Below the pieces are notes generated by a model. It worked only from the letters and a program-made list of their open reading frames with translations. It did not search any database and was not told the origin of the DNA. DNA of 64,000 nucleotides from Thermoanaerobaculia bacterium. Lineage in GTDB: Bacteria > Acidobacteriota > Thermoanaerobaculia > Multivoradales > Multivoraceae. Where the stretch lies: NCBI GenBank assembly GCA_963666565.1, contig OY762911.1, forward strand, positions 1,728,001 to 1,792,000, written 5' to 3'. Positions 32,212 through 42,308 of this stretch are shown in pieces; within the stretch, counting starts at the first letter, position 1, and every line of letters starts with the position of its first letter. A program made the position numbers and the translations under genes.

Positions 32212-32703
32212 ATGAGGAATACGTTGAATCGCGTCCCGGCCGCCCTCGCCGCCTTGTTCGCCGGCTTCCTGCTGGCTGCCGCCCCGATGGCCGCTCAGGA
32301 CGAGGAGCGGCGCGGCAAGCGCGGCGACTTCGCCGGACGGCAGATGGAACGCGTCGCCCGCGTCCTCCAGTTGACCGACGACCAGCAGGCGCAGTGGCGT
32401 GCGGCCCACGAGCAGCACGGCGCGACGATCCGCGGTCTGATGACCGAGATGCGCGACCTGCACCAGCGCCTGAACGACGAGGCCGAGAGCGCGGCCCCGG
32501 ACGCCACGGCCGTCGGCCAGCTCGAGCTCGACCGGCGTGCCGCCGGCAAGCGGATCGAGGCGGCGCGCCAGGCGTTGAACGAAGACCTGGAGGCCCTGCT
32601 CGACCACGACCAGCGGATCCGCTGGGAGACGATGCGTGAGTCCGGCCCCGGGGGCCGGGGCGGTCCCGCTGGCCGCGGTCCGCGCGGACGCAACCCGCGC
32701 TAG
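32212..32703 (+). CDS. Spy/CpxP-like periplasmic protein (LTXXQ)
   Basis: Signal peptide, LQLTDDQQAQW and LDHDQ motifs; divergent from the two-component genes. Confidence 0.8.
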   Translation: MRNTLNRVPAALAALFAGFLLAAAPMAAQDEERRGKRGDFAGRQMERVARVLQLTDDQQAQWRAAHEQHGATIRGLMTEMRDLHQRLNDEAESAAPDATAVGQLELDRRAAGKRIEAARQALNEDLEALLDHDQRIRWETMRESGPGGRGGPAGRGPRGRNPR

Positions 32704-32864
32704 TCCGGGAATGGGCCAACAGGGCTTGGCCGGGCCTCGGGAGACCGGGGCCCGCGCCTTGGCGGCTGGCTTCTTGCGACGTCCGGGTAGCCACCGACCG
32801 TTAGGATCGCCGCTCACTCGATCGGACCGGGCGGCGTGTTTCGCCGCCTGTGGAGGTGTTCGGC

Positions 32865-33755
32865 ATGGCAGACGTAGCGTTCGTCGGACTGGGAGTCATG
32901 GGCTATCCGATGGCGGGCCATCTGGCTGGCGCCGGCCATCGTGTGACCGTGTTCAACCGCACCGCGGAGAAGGCGGCGGCCTGGGTCGAGGAGCACGGCG
33001 GCGAGAGCGCCGCGACGCCGGCGGAAGCCGCGGATGGCGCCGAGTTCGTGTTCTGCTGCGTGGGCAACGACGACGACGTGCGGGCGGTGACGCTGGATTC
33101 CGGCGGCGCGCTCGCGGGGATGGCCGCGGGCAGCGTCCTCGTCGACCACACGACGGCGTCGGCGCAGATCGCCCGCGAACTCGCCGACGCCTGCGAGGAG
33201 AAGGGCTGCGGCTTCCTCGACGCCCCGGTCTCGGGCGGTCAGGCGGGTGCCGAGAACGGGGCGCTGACCGTGATGTGCGGCGGCGAACCGGACGTGTTCG
33301 AGCGGGTGAACGCGGTGATCGACTGCTACAGCCGCTCGGTCTCACTGCTCGGCCCCGCCGGCAGCGGCCAGTTGACCAAGGCGGTCAACCAGCTCTGCAT
33401 CGCCGGCATCGTCCAGGGTCTCTCCGAGGGCATCCACTTCGCGGAGAAGGCCGGACTCGACCCGCTGGCGGTGATCGGCGCGATCTCGACCGGCGCCGCG
33501 GGCTCGTGGCAGATGGACAACCGCGCCGAGACGATGGTCGAGGGCAAGTTCGACTACGGCTTCGCCGTCCAGTGGATGCGCAAGGATCTCGGCATCGCCC
33601 TGGAGGAGGCGCGCCGCAACGGCGCCCATCTGCCCCTGGCCGCACTCGTCGACCAGTTCTACAGCGAGGTGACCGCGCTCGGCGGCCTTCGCTGGGACAC
33701 GTCGAGCCTGGTGGTCCGTCTGCGGGCGATGGGCGAGAGCGGCGACTCGGGCTAG
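32865..33755 (+). CDS. NAD(P)-dependent beta-hydroxyacid dehydrogenase (3-hydroxyisobutyrate dehydrogenase family)
   Basis: FVGLGVMGYPMA, FLDAPVSGG, GSGQLTKAVNQ, KDL. Confidence 0.92.
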   Translation: MADVAFVGLGVMGYPMAGHLAGAGHRVTVFNRTAEKAAAWVEEHGGESAATPAEAADGAEFVFCCVGNDDDVRAVTLDSGGALAGMAAGSVLVDHTTASAQIARELADACEEKGCGFLDAPVSGGQAGAENGALTVMCGGEPDVFERVNAVIDCYSRSVSLLGPAGSGQLTKAVNQLCIAGIVQGLSEGIHFAEKAGLDPLAVIGAISTGAAGSWQMDNRAETMVEGKFDYGFAVQWMRKDLGIALEEARRNGAHLPLAALVDQFYSEVTALGGLRWDTSSLVVRLRAMGESGDSG

Positions 33756-33860
33756 CGCTAACGAGGCTTCGCCTCAGACCGACGAGCATGGGGGCTGCGG
33801 ACGCCCCAAACTGGGGACGCCGGCGCACCCGGTGTGTGGCCCTGTTCCCCTGCCCGACAG

Positions 33861-33878
33861 CGCAGCGGTACCGCTGCG
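33861..33878. terminator. perfect 18-bp palindrome between convergent genes; possible bidirectional terminator
   Basis: CGCAGCGGTACCGCTGCG; no U-tract. Confidence 0.35.
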
Positions 33879-33891
33879 AGCACTTCCAGGT

Positions 33892-34533
33892 CTAGGACAC
33901 GTTCGGATCGCCAGCGACGTATAAGCGCCACAGGCGGTTCGCGGCGCGCGAGACGCCGATGCGGCCGCTGCGGCCGGGTCGCTCCGGCGCCGGCGTGCCG
34001 TCGTCGGCGATGAAGACGGGCAGGCGACCGCGGACAGGCGCCGCGGCGGCGTCCGCAGCCGGAACCAGGTCGGCGCCGTCGTCGCGGCGGTCGAGGCCGA
34101 AGGCCTGGCAGAGGCGGGCGGGGCCGGAGCAGAGGTCGACGGAGCGGAGCGGCCTGGCGGAGCGGCGGCGGCTGGCCGCGTTGCGGGCGCGGCGCATGAT
34201 GCCTTCGCCGGCTAGCGGCGCCAGCGCCCGGAGAAGCACTGCCGAGCAGACGCCCTCCTCGCCGCAGACGACGTTGGCGCAGTGGTGCATGCCGTAGGTG
34301 AAGTAGACGTAGAGATGTCCGGGCGGACCGAACATAGTCCGGTTGCGGTTCGTCATGCCGCGGTGGCCGTGGCTCGACGGGTCGGTCGCGCCTTCGTACG
34401 CCTCGACCTCGACGATGCGGGCGGCGCGGCTGCCGCGGACGAGGATCTTGTTGAGCAGCGCCGGCGCCGCGTCGAGGGCCGGACGAGCGTAGATCGACCG
34501 GGGGAGTGGCCGCAGATCGAGCGCAGGCTTCAA
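33892..34533 (-). CDS. mpg: DNA-3-methyladenine glycosylase (MPG/AAG family)
   Basis: RIVEVEAY, MFGPPGHLYVYFTYGMHHCAN, AVLLRA, LCSGPARLC; start uncertain. Confidence 0.9.
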   Translation of the reverse strand: MKPALDLRPLPRSIYARPALDAAPALLNKILVRGSRAARIVEVEAYEGATDPSSHGHRGMTNRNRTMFGPPGHLYVYFTYGMHHCANVVCGEEGVCSAVLLRALAPLAGEGIMRRARNAASRRRSARPLRSVDLCSGPARLCQAFGLDRRDDGADLVPAADAAAAPVRGRLPVFIADDGTPAPERPGRSGRIGVSRAANRLWRLYVAGDPNVS

Positions 34534-34574
34534 GCGGGCGCCGCTGTTCGAGCCGGCCTCGGCGCTCCGCGTCG

Positions 34575-34991
34575 TCAGGGGCCGACGGCCTCCAGGTCCG
34601 TCGCCGGCCCCATGTAGGCGCGGATCTCGTCCGGCGTCTCCATCTTCGTGTACTCCGGCACCTGCACGCTCACGTAGAGGATCTCGCCGGTGAAGACGAG
34701 CCGCCCTTCGTGGGTGCCGCGGTAGCCGAGGGTCCACGAGGTGCGCCCCCAGTGGCGGACGGCGAGGTCGATGTCCAGCAGGTCGCCGTCGGTGACCGAG
34801 CCGAGGAAGTCGATCGTGGCGCGACGGAGCATCATGTCCCACTTCAGCCGTTCGCGGAGCGGCCGCATCGGCAGCAGCCAGGTCTCCATCGCGTCGTCCA
34901 TGTAGGCCATGTAGTGGGCGTTGTAGACGACGCCCTGCTTGTCGACCTCGCCGTAGCGGACGCGGATCGTGTGCCGGTAGGGCGTGGTCAC
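34575..34991 (-). CDS. acyl-CoA thioesterase (YbgC/4HBT hot-dog fold)
   Basis: RVRYGEVDKQGVVYNAHY; GTG overlaps the peptidase stop. Confidence 0.88.
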   Translation of the reverse strand: MTTPYRHTIRVRYGEVDKQGVVYNAHYMAYMDDAMETWLLPMRPLRERLKWDMMLRRATIDFLGSVTDGDLLDIDLAVRHWGRTSWTLGYRGTHEGRLVFTGEILYVSVQVPEYTKMETPDEIRAYMGPATDLEAVGP

Positions 34992-37180
34992 GTGCCGGAG
35001 CGCGGCTGGAAGCCCGGTTCCAGGCCGAGCGCCCAGGCCGCGAAGGCCCACTGGTCGGCGACGTCCTCGATCTGCATCCAGGTCGGCTTGCCGGCGCCGT
35101 GGCCGGCCCGGGTCTCGACCCGGATCAGGACCGGGCTGCCGCAGCCCTGCGCCCGCTGCATCTCGGCCGCGTACTTGAAGCTGTGCCACGGCACGACGCG
35201 GTCGTCGTGGTCGGCGGTGGTGATCAGGGTCGGCGGGTAGCAGGCGCCCTCCTGCACGTTGTGGAGCGGCGAGTACGCGTACTGGGCCCGGAACTCGTCC
35301 TCGTTCTCGGAGAGGCCGTAGTCGGTCGACCAGTTGCGGGCGTTCGCGCTCGGCAGGTGGTATCGGAGCATGTCGAGGACGCCGACCGCCGGCAGCGCCG
35401 CCGCGAACAGGTCGGGCCGCTGGTTGAGCGTCGCGCCGACCAGGAGGCCGCCGTTGCTGCCGCCCTGGATCGCGATGCGTCCGGCGCTCGTGTAGCCCTC
35501 GGCGACCAGCCATTCCGCGGCGGCGATGAAGTCGTCGAAGACGTTCTGCTTCTTCTCCTTGGTGCCGGCGAGGTGCCACTCGCGGCCGTACTCGCCGCCG
35601 CCGCGCAGGTTCGGGATCGCCAACACGCCGCCCATCTCGAGCCACGCCAGGCGGGACGAGGAGAAGCCGGGCGTCAGCGAGATGTTGAAGCCGCCGTAGC
35701 CGTAGAGGAGAGTCGGGTTGTCGCCGTTCTTCTCGAGTCCCGCGCGGTGGGTGATGAACATCGGGATGCGCGTGCCGTCGCGGCTCTCGTAGAAGACCTG
35801 CTCCGTTTCGTAGTCGCCCAGATCGGCGTCGATGGCGGGGCTGCGGACCAGTTCGCTCTCGCCGGAGGCCACGTCGTAGCGGTGGATCTGCGACGGCGTG
35901 CCGAAGCTGGAGTAGGAGTAGAAGGTCTCGGTCTCCTCCCAGCGGCCGCCGAAGCCGCCGGCGGTGCCGATGCCGGGCAGATCGACCTCGCCGGCCGGGG
36001 TCGCGGGCTCGATGCCGTTCGGCTCGGCGAGGCGGACGACGGTGCGGGCGTCGTGCAGGTAGTTCAGGATCAGCTTGCCGCCGACCGCCGACGCGTAGGA
36101 GAGCGTGTCGTCGGATTCGGCGAGGACCTCGTGGAGCGTCGGGGCGCCGGGGGCGCCGTCTTCGTCCACGTCGACCGCGACGATCCGGTTGCGCGGCGCG
36201 TCCTTGTTCGTCTCGAACAGGAACACCGGACCCACGTTGACGATGTAGCCGTAGAGAGCGTCCCACCGGTCGAGGAGCGGGCGAATCGCCGAGTCCGGCT
36301 CGTCGATCTTCCGGTAGTGGACCGCGTTCTCCAGGTATCCCTCCTGCAGGTTGACCAGCAGGTAGGCGCCGTCTTCGGTCACGGACGCGTACGGGTTGCG
36401 GCGCGGATGCTCGGGCTGGCTGAACACGAGCCGGTCCTCGCTCTGATCCGTGCCCAGGGCATGGAAGTAGACGGACACCGCCTTCGAGCCGTCTCCCCTG
36501 CTCGGGTCGTCCTCGCGCGGGGGATAGCGGCTGTAGAAGAACCCCGAGTTGTCGGGCATCCAGGAGATGGACGTGAACTTCGTGTAGTCGATCAGGTCGC
36601 CGGTGTCCTCGCCGGTCTCGACGTCGAGCACCTTCCACTTGCGCCAGTCCGAGCCGCCGTCCGACTGCGCGTAGGCCACGTATTGCCCGTCCCGGCTGGG
36701 CGCGAAGCCGGCGAGCGCCACCGTGGCGTCGTCGCTCCACGCGTTCGGGTCGAGCAGGACGCGGCCGGGCGGTTCGTCGCCCTCCCGGTCCATCGACTCC
36801 GCCACGTAGACGACGCTCTGGTCCTGGAGCCCGTCGTTGTGGTTGTAGAAGTAGCGCTCGCCCCGCTTGCCGGGGGTGCTCCAGCGCTCGTAGTTCCAGA
36901 TCTGGCGCAGCCGCTCCTCGATCGCTTCGCGGCCGGGAAGCGCGGCCAGGAATGGCTCCGCGACTTCGTTTTGAGCAGCGACCCAGGCCGCCGTCTCCCC
37001 GCCGTCTAGGTCTTCCAGCCAGCGGTACGGATCCGCGACCTGGACGCCGAAGTAGTCGTCGACCTGGTCGACCGTCCGGGTCTCGGGATACTCGACCGGC
37101 CCGGGGTCGAAGCTGTCGGTGGAGCAGGCCAAGAGAGGTAGAACGAGAGCCGGCGCGAGCCGGCGAAGAGTCTGTTTCAT
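34988..37180 (-). CDS. prolyl oligopeptidase (S9A), lipoprotein
   Basis: LLAC lipobox, DPYRWLE, YGYGGF, NLRGGGEYG, GGSNGG, DDRVVP, AGHG. Confidence 0.96.
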   Translation of the reverse strand: MKQTLRRLAPALVLPLLACSTDSFDPGPVEYPETRTVDQVDDYFGVQVADPYRWLEDLDGGETAAWVAAQNEVAEPFLAALPGREAIEERLRQIWNYERWSTPGKRGERYFYNHNDGLQDQSVVYVAESMDREGDEPPGRVLLDPNAWSDDATVALAGFAPSRDGQYVAYAQSDGGSDWRKWKVLDVETGEDTGDLIDYTKFTSISWMPDNSGFFYSRYPPREDDPSRGDGSKAVSVYFHALGTDQSEDRLVFSQPEHPRRNPYASVTEDGAYLLVNLQEGYLENAVHYRKIDEPDSAIRPLLDRWDALYGYIVNVGPVFLFETNKDAPRNRIVAVDVDEDGAPGAPTLHEVLAESDDTLSYASAVGGKLILNYLHDARTVVRLAEPNGIEPATPAGEVDLPGIGTAGGFGGRWEETETFYSYSSFGTPSQIHRYDVASGESELVRSPAIDADLGDYETEQVFYESRDGTRIPMFITHRAGLEKNGDNPTLLYGYGGFNISLTPGFSSSRLAWLEMGGVLAIPNLRGGGEYGREWHLAGTKEKKQNVFDDFIAAAEWLVAEGYTSAGRIAIQGGSNGGLLVGATLNQRPDLFAAALPAVGVLDMLRYHLPSANARNWSTDYGLSENEDEFRAQYAYSPLHNVQEGACYPPTLITTADHDDRVVPWHSFKYAAEMQRAQGCGSPVLIRVETRAGHGAGKPTWMQIEDVADQWAFAAWALGLEPGFQPRSGT

Positions 37181-37224
37181 GATGGGGTCGGATTATAGGC
37201 GGAGCGTTGGTGTATCGTTGGTGT

Positions 37225-37428
37225 ATGACACGCACGAATCTCGATATTGACGATGGCGCCTGCGCCGAGATCATGCGCCGGTACCGGCTCAAGACGAAGC
37301 GTGAGGCTGTCAACTTCGCCCTGCGTACGCTTGCCGCGGAGCCGCTGACCCTGGACGAGGCCAGGCGAATGCGCGGAACGGGTTGGACGGGTGACCTGGA
37401 GGAGATGAGGGCGACCCGATCGTCATGA
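37225..37428 (+). CDS. vapB: VapB-type antitoxin
   Basis: MTRTNLDIDD..KTKREAVNFALR RHH-like N-terminus; ATGA-coupled to the PIN gene. Confidence 0.88.
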   Translation: MTRTNLDIDDGACAEIMRRYRLKTKREAVNFALRTLAAEPLTLDEARRMRGTGWTGDLEEMRATRSS

Positions 37429-37811
37429 TTCTGGTCGATACGTCGGCCTGGGTCGAGTTCTTGAGGGACACCGGCTCGCCGACCTGTGCCCGGGTGGGCG
37501 AGGTGCTTGGGGGTGAGATCGCCATCTGCGAAGCGATCCGCATGGAGGTTCTCGCCGGGGGTCGAGACGGACGCAACCTGGACAATCTGCGGCGTCTGCT
37601 GGCGAGGGCCGTGATGATCTCCATCGAGCCACGCGACTTCGACGTCGCGGCTGCCCTTTACCGTGACTGTCGTCGTCGCGGGGAGACCGTTCGGAAGCTG
37701 ATCGACTGCCTGATCGCGGCGGTGGCGATACGCGCAGACGTGCCGGTTCTCCACAGCGACTCGGACTTCGAGACCCTGTCGCGGCACACGGCTCTCAAGC
37801 TCGACTCTTGA
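37425..37811 (+). CDS. vapC: VapC PIN-domain toxin
   Basis: ILVDTSAW, E, DCLIAA, HSDSDF acidic PIN residues. Confidence 0.92.
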   Translation: MILVDTSAWVEFLRDTGSPTCARVGEVLGGEIAICEAIRMEVLAGGRDGRNLDNLRRLLARAVMISIEPRDFDVAAALYRDCRRRGETVRKLIDCLIAAVAIRADVPVLHSDSDFETLSRHTALKLDS

Positions 37812-37822
37812 CCGAACGCCGG

Positions 37823-38512
37823 TCAGCGCCCCAGCACGCTTCGACACCATTCGCTGACCGCCTCGGCTACCTCGCGGTCGACGTCCTCCTGTTCGCGGCC
37901 TGACCGCTTGAGGACGTGCAGGCTGTGGTCGCCGCCTTCGACGAGGTGAAGCGTGGCGCGCGGGCCGAGCCGCTCGCAGACGCCGGCCAGGAGATCCGGG
38001 TCGGCGAGGCGGTCGCGGGTGCCGTTCAGGAAGAGCCTCGGCTTCGCGATCTCGCTCAGATGGTCGGCTCGTGACGTTCCCGGTTTGCCCGGCGGGTGGA
38101 GCGGGAAGGCGTGGAAGACGAAGCCGGCGACGTCGAGCGGTTCGACGGCGTCGGCGCCCGAGGCCATGCGGCCTCCCATCGAGCGGCCGCCCGCAAGGAG
38201 CGGCAGTTCGGGGCGGAGGGTCTGGGCGCAAGCCACGGCGGCGCGGACGGTTCCTTGGAGCACGGCGGGCGGGTCGGGACGGCGGCGGCCGGCTTCGACG
38301 TACGGGAATTGGAACCGCAGCGTGGCGATTCCGAGGCGGGCCACGCCCGTGGCGAAGGTCTCGATGGTCGCGTGACGCATGCCCGCGCCGGCGCCGTGGG
38401 CGAAGACGAGCAGGCAGCGAGCGTCTGCGGGCTCGAGCAGGAGGCCACTGACCTGCGTTCGGTCGGAGACGGCGATGCTGGTCGCGGTCGCCTTGAACGG
38501 GTCCGGGTTCAC
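37823..38512 (-). CDS. alpha/beta hydrolase (KANL3/Tex30-like)
   Basis: AHGAGAGM, GGRSMGG, FPLHPPGK, GTRD, GDH. Confidence 0.88.
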   Translation of the reverse strand: MNPDPFKATATSIAVSDRTQVSGLLLEPADARCLLVFAHGAGAGMRHATIETFATGVARLGIATLRFQFPYVEAGRRRPDPPAVLQGTVRAAVACAQTLRPELPLLAGGRSMGGRMASGADAVEPLDVAGFVFHAFPLHPPGKPGTSRADHLSEIAKPRLFLNGTRDRLADPDLLAGVCERLGPRATLHLVEGGDHSLHVLKRSGREQEDVDREVAEAVSEWCRSVLGR

Positions 38513-38620
38513 GACGGCCAGGAGCCTGTGCCGCGGAACGCAGCGAAGCAGGTTCCGTGACGCAAGGTGCAGGTGCCAACCATGGAGTTCGCGGCGGGTT
38601 TGGCGGCTCTATCGTCCCGG

Positions 38621-39838
38621 TCAGGCGCGCGGGAGTCCGAACGTCGCCGCCGCGCGGTCGGCCAGCGTGTCGCCGATCGCCAGCGACGCCGTGGCGCCGG
38701 GCGAGGGGGCGTTCAGCACGTGGAGCATGCTCGGACTCATCTCGATCGCGAAGTCGTCGACGAGGTTGCCCTTGCGGTCGAGCGCCTGGGCGCGGACGCC
38801 CGAGCCGCCGGGCATGAGGTCCTCGTCGCGCAGGTCCGGTACGAAGCGGCGCAGGTCGCGGGCGAAGCGGGCGCGGCTGCCGGAGCGGGCCATCTCGCCG
38901 AGGCCGACCTTCCAGTAGCGCAGCGACATCTTCCAGAAACCCGGGTAGCTCAGGCTGCTCCAAGCGTCGCGGGCGTCGAAGCTGCCTCGTTCGTAGCCTT
39001 CGCGCTTGAGCGCCAGCACGGCGTTCGGCCCGGCTTCGACGGAGCCGTCGACGCGCCGGGTCAGATGCACGCCGAGGAAGGGGAAGCGCGGGTCGGGCAC
39101 GGGGTAGATCAGGCCGCGCAGCAGGTCGCGGCGCTCGGGCGCGATGTCGAAGTACTCGCCGCGGAAGGGGACGATCCGCACGTTCGGTTCGAGACCCGCC
39201 ATGCGCGCGACGCGGTCCGATTGGAGGCCGGCGCAGTTGATCGCCTGGCGGGCCTCGAACTCGCCCGCGGCCGTTTCGACGACGAGCCCGTCGGGCCGCG
39301 GCTCGATGCCGGTGACCCGGGTCCGCAGGTGGAGCGGGACGCCGGCCTCCTCCAACTCCTCGGCGTAGGCGCGGGCGACCGCCTTGTAGTCGACGATGCC
39401 GGTCTCGGGAACCCACAGCGCGTCGACTCCCGTCGCGTGGGGCTCGAACTCCGGGATCCGCTCGGGCGGCAGGCGTTCGAGCCCGGCGAGGCCGTTCGCG
39501 CGGCCGCGGCGCTCCAGTTCGTCGAGGCGCGGGATCTCGTCCCGGTCGGTCGCGATTACCAGCTTGCCGCAGATCTCGTGCGGGATACCGTGCCGCTCGC
39601 AGAACTCGATCAGCCGCTTTCGCCCGCCGACGCAGTTGCGCGCCTTGAGCGAGCCCGGCTTGTAGTAGAGGCCGGAGTGGATGACGCCGCTGTTGTGGCC
39701 GGTCTGGTGAACGGCGGGCCTGGGCTCCGCCTCGACCACTCGGACGTCGAGGTGGCCGAAGCGGCGCGAGAGGCTGCGGGCGACAGCGAGGCCGATGATC
39801 CCGGCCCCGATGCAGACGACGTCGACGCGCCCCGGCAC
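38621..39838 (-). CDS. lhgO: L-2-hydroxyglutarate oxidase
   Basis: GAGIIG, HQTGHNSGVIHSGLYY, PFRGEY, PFLGVH, SGVRAQA, NAPSPGAT. Confidence 0.93.
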   Translation of the reverse strand: MPGRVDVVCIGAGIIGLAVARSLSRRFGHLDVRVVEAEPRPAVHQTGHNSGVIHSGLYYKPGSLKARNCVGGRKRLIEFCERHGIPHEICGKLVIATDRDEIPRLDELERRGRANGLAGLERLPPERIPEFEPHATGVDALWVPETGIVDYKAVARAYAEELEEAGVPLHLRTRVTGIEPRPDGLVVETAAGEFEARQAINCAGLQSDRVARMAGLEPNVRIVPFRGEYFDIAPERRDLLRGLIYPVPDPRFPFLGVHLTRRVDGSVEAGPNAVLALKREGYERGSFDARDAWSSLSYPGFWKMSLRYWKVGLGEMARSGSRARFARDLRRFVPDLRDEDLMPGGSGVRAQALDRKGNLVDDFAIEMSPSMLHVLNAPSPGATASLAIGDTLADRAAATFGLPRA

Positions 39839-39846
39839 GGACCGTC

Positions 39847-41169
39847 TCAGGACTCGGCAGCCGCGTCCGGCGGCGAGCCGCTTCCGTCCGTCGCGGACCC
39901 CCGTGCGGCGCTATCGCCGGGCCCGCCCGTCGCGGCCCCGGCCGCCTGCTCGGACGCTCGGACCTCGTCGCCGTCGCTGTCGCCGGCGGGCGCCCCCGCT
40001 CCCTCGCCGTCCGGCTGGCCCGGAAACGCGGCGCGCGGGTAGCAACCCAGGATGCGCAGTTCGGCGGTCTTCGGCTCGATCGCCTCCAGCGCCTCGGTGA
40101 CCGGCACGGAAGCGGCATGGCCCTCGATGTCCAGGTAGAAGCGGTAGCGCCAGGGCGTCGCCGGGATGGGCCGCGATTCCAGCTTGGTCAGGTTGACGCC
40201 GCGGCGCGAGAAGCTGCGCAGCACGTCGCCCAGGTCGCCGGGATGGTGGCCGGTGGCGAGCAGCAGCGACGTCTTGCACGGCTGGTCGGCCGGACAGGGC
40301 GCGGCCTCCCGGGAGACCTCCACGAAGCGGGTGAAGTTGCCGGCCTGGTTCTGGATGCCGTGGGCGAGGATCTCCAGCCCGAACACGCGCGCCGCCGGCT
40401 CGCTGGCGATGGCGCCGACCGTCGGGTCGTTCCCCTCGCGCACGCGCGCGGCGGCGCCGGCGGTGTCGAACTCGGGCTGGGGGCGCAGCCAGTCGCGGTC
40501 GTGGAAGAACTGGTCGCACTGGCGGAGCGCCTGCGGGTGGGAAAGCACCACGCGCAGGTCCTCGATCTTCGTGCCCGGAAGCGCCAGCAGGCAGTGCGCG
40601 ACCTGGCTGATCACCTCCGCCGTGATGACCAGGCCGCCCTCCGTCAGCAGGTCGTAGGTCTCGTTGATGCTGCCCGCGGTGCTGTTCTCGATCGGCAGCA
40701 GCGCGATGTCGTGGAGACCGTTGCGGACGCCTTCGGCCGCGTCGCGGAAGAGCTCGTAGCCCTGCAGCACGACGCCTCCGCCCCGGCCGGCGTATTGCCG
40801 CTGCGCCGTCAAGTGGCTGAACGAGCCCTCGACGCCCTGGTAGGCCACGCGCAGCGGCGCCCGGTCGAGATCGCGGATGTAGCCCTGCTGCGCCGCGATC
40901 GACATCTCGATCAGCAGCCGGAAGATGCGCTCGGTCTGGTGCGGATCGAGGTCGAGTTCGGCGGCGATCGTCCGCACGCGCGTCAGCAACTGCTCCTCGC
41001 GCAACTGGTCGCGGAACGGGAAAGCGGCGGCGATCTTGGCGGCGGCGACCTCGCGCGAGAGTTCGACTCGCCGCCGAAAGGCCTTCAGCAGGTCTTCGTC
41101 GATCCGCTCCAGCTCCCGGCGTACCGCCTCGAGATCGGGCGAAAGGTCTTGCTCGGCGGCTTCGGCCAT
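39847..41169 (-). CDS. pheA: chorismate mutase / prephenate dehydratase
   Basis: N-terminal CM type II, PIENSTAGSI, SHPQAL, NFTRF, NLTKLESRP. Confidence 0.93.
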   Translation of the reverse strand: MAEAAEQDLSPDLEAVRRELERIDEDLLKAFRRRVELSREVAAAKIAAAFPFRDQLREEQLLTRVRTIAAELDLDPHQTERIFRLLIEMSIAAQQGYIRDLDRAPLRVAYQGVEGSFSHLTAQRQYAGRGGGVVLQGYELFRDAAEGVRNGLHDIALLPIENSTAGSINETYDLLTEGGLVITAEVISQVAHCLLALPGTKIEDLRVVLSHPQALRQCDQFFHDRDWLRPQPEFDTAGAAARVREGNDPTVGAIASEPAARVFGLEILAHGIQNQAGNFTRFVEVSREAAPCPADQPCKTSLLLATGHHPGDLGDVLRSFSRRGVNLTKLESRPIPATPWRYRFYLDIEGHAASVPVTEALEAIEPKTAELRILGCYPRAAFPGQPDGEGAGAPAGDSDGDEVRASEQAAGAATGGPGDSAARGSATDGSGSPPDAAAES

Positions 41170-41258
41170 CGGGATACTCGGCGCTCGCGGCGAAAGGGAA
41201 ACCGCGGGCGCGGAGTATACGGCGGCGCGCCGGCGCACCCGGTTTGCGGCGCAGGCGG

Positions 41259-42308
41259 CTAGCCCTCGTCCGCGTGCGGGCGGATCGCCACCTTGAGAGC
41301 CCGTCGTTCGCTCATCAGTTCGAGCGCTTCGCCGACGCGATCGAGCGGCAGTTCCCGCTCGATCAGCTTGCCGTAGCGCTCCGGCGCGCCGATCAGCCGG
41401 TCGAGGGCGGCGCGGAAGGAGAGCGGCCGGTAGTGGTAGACGCCGAGCAGGGTCTGCTCCCGGTAGTGGACCCGCTCGGCGTCGATCCTGAGCGTCGTTC
41501 CGGGCCGGCAGCCGCCGAACAGCGCGGCCACGCCGCCCCGGCCAAGGGAGGAGACGGCGAGGTCCCAGCCGGCCTGGCTGCCGGAGGCGTCGACGGTGAA
41601 GTCGAACGGACCGTCCGGCGCCTCGCCCTCCTCGCCGGCGCGGCCGCGGTGGACCTCCGCGGCGCCGAAGGTCCGGGCCACCTCGAGCCGGCGCGGATGC
41701 GGGTCGAGCACGCAGACGTTCGTCCGCACGCTGTGGAACAGGTCGGTCAGCATGAGGCCGAGGGGCCCGGCGCCGACGATCAGCGTTCGGGCGTCCGTCG
41801 GCGGCCCGCTCCAGGCGGCGAGGACGCGTTCGAGGCAGTGAACGGCGCAGGCGAGCGGCTCGGCGAGCGCGGCGGTGGCCGGTTCCAGGTCGGACGGCCG
41901 GCGATGGACGCCGTGCCGGGCGAACGCCGCCGGGATCAGCAGGTAGTCGGCGAAGGCGCCGTTCAGGTAGGCGAGTTCGCGGCACAGGTTCTCGCGCCGG
42001 TGGCGGCACGGCCGGCACTCGCCGCAGGGGGCGCTGTTGGCGACGACGATCGCGTCGCCCTCGGCGCGTTCCGCGCCGGCGCCGGCGCGGACGACGGTCC
42101 CCGTGACCTCGTGGCCGAAAGGCGCCGGGAGCGAGAGCATCGCGGGATGACCGCCGCGGCGCAGCACCTTGACGTCCGTGCCGCAGACGGTGGCGGCGTC
42201 GACGCGGATCAGGAGTTCGCCCGGCCCGGGCACCGGCATCGGCAGCGTCCTGAGTTCCAGGCTGCCGGGGCCGGTCAGGAACGCCTGGGTCTGGTGCCTT
42301 GGAATCAC
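41259..42308 (-). CDS. zinc-dependent medium-chain dehydrogenase
   Basis: VCGTD, GHE, CGECRPC..C, EPLAC, GAGPLG. Confidence 0.9.
   Translation of the reverse strand: MIPRHQTQAFLTGPGSLELRTLPMPVPGPGELLIRVDAATVCGTDVKVLRRGGHPAMLSLPAPFGHEVTGTVVRAGAGAERAEGDAIVVANSAPCGECRPCRHRRENLCRELAYLNGAFADYLLIPAAFARHGVHRRPSDLEPATAALAEPLACAVHCLERVLAAWSGPPTDARTLIVGAGPLGLMLTDLFHSVRTNVCVLDPHPRRLEVARTFGAAEVHRGRAGEEGEAPDGPFDFTVDASGSQAGWDLAVSSLGRGGVAALFGGCRPGTTLRIDAERVHYREQTLLGVYHYRPLSFRAALDRLIGAPERYGKLIERELPLDRVGEALELMSERRALKVAIRPHADEG

Noticed and set aside
33756-33860. Structured ncRNA or IS end between convergent genes
   Set aside because: Only short GC hairpins expected at this composition; no recognisable family
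34575-40118. 1847-aa ORF and similar giant ORFs (3568..7554, 202..2601, 9772..12099, 27577..29847)
   Set aside because: High-GC shadow or antisense frames rich in Arg/Pro/Gly; at most their terminal parts are real genes
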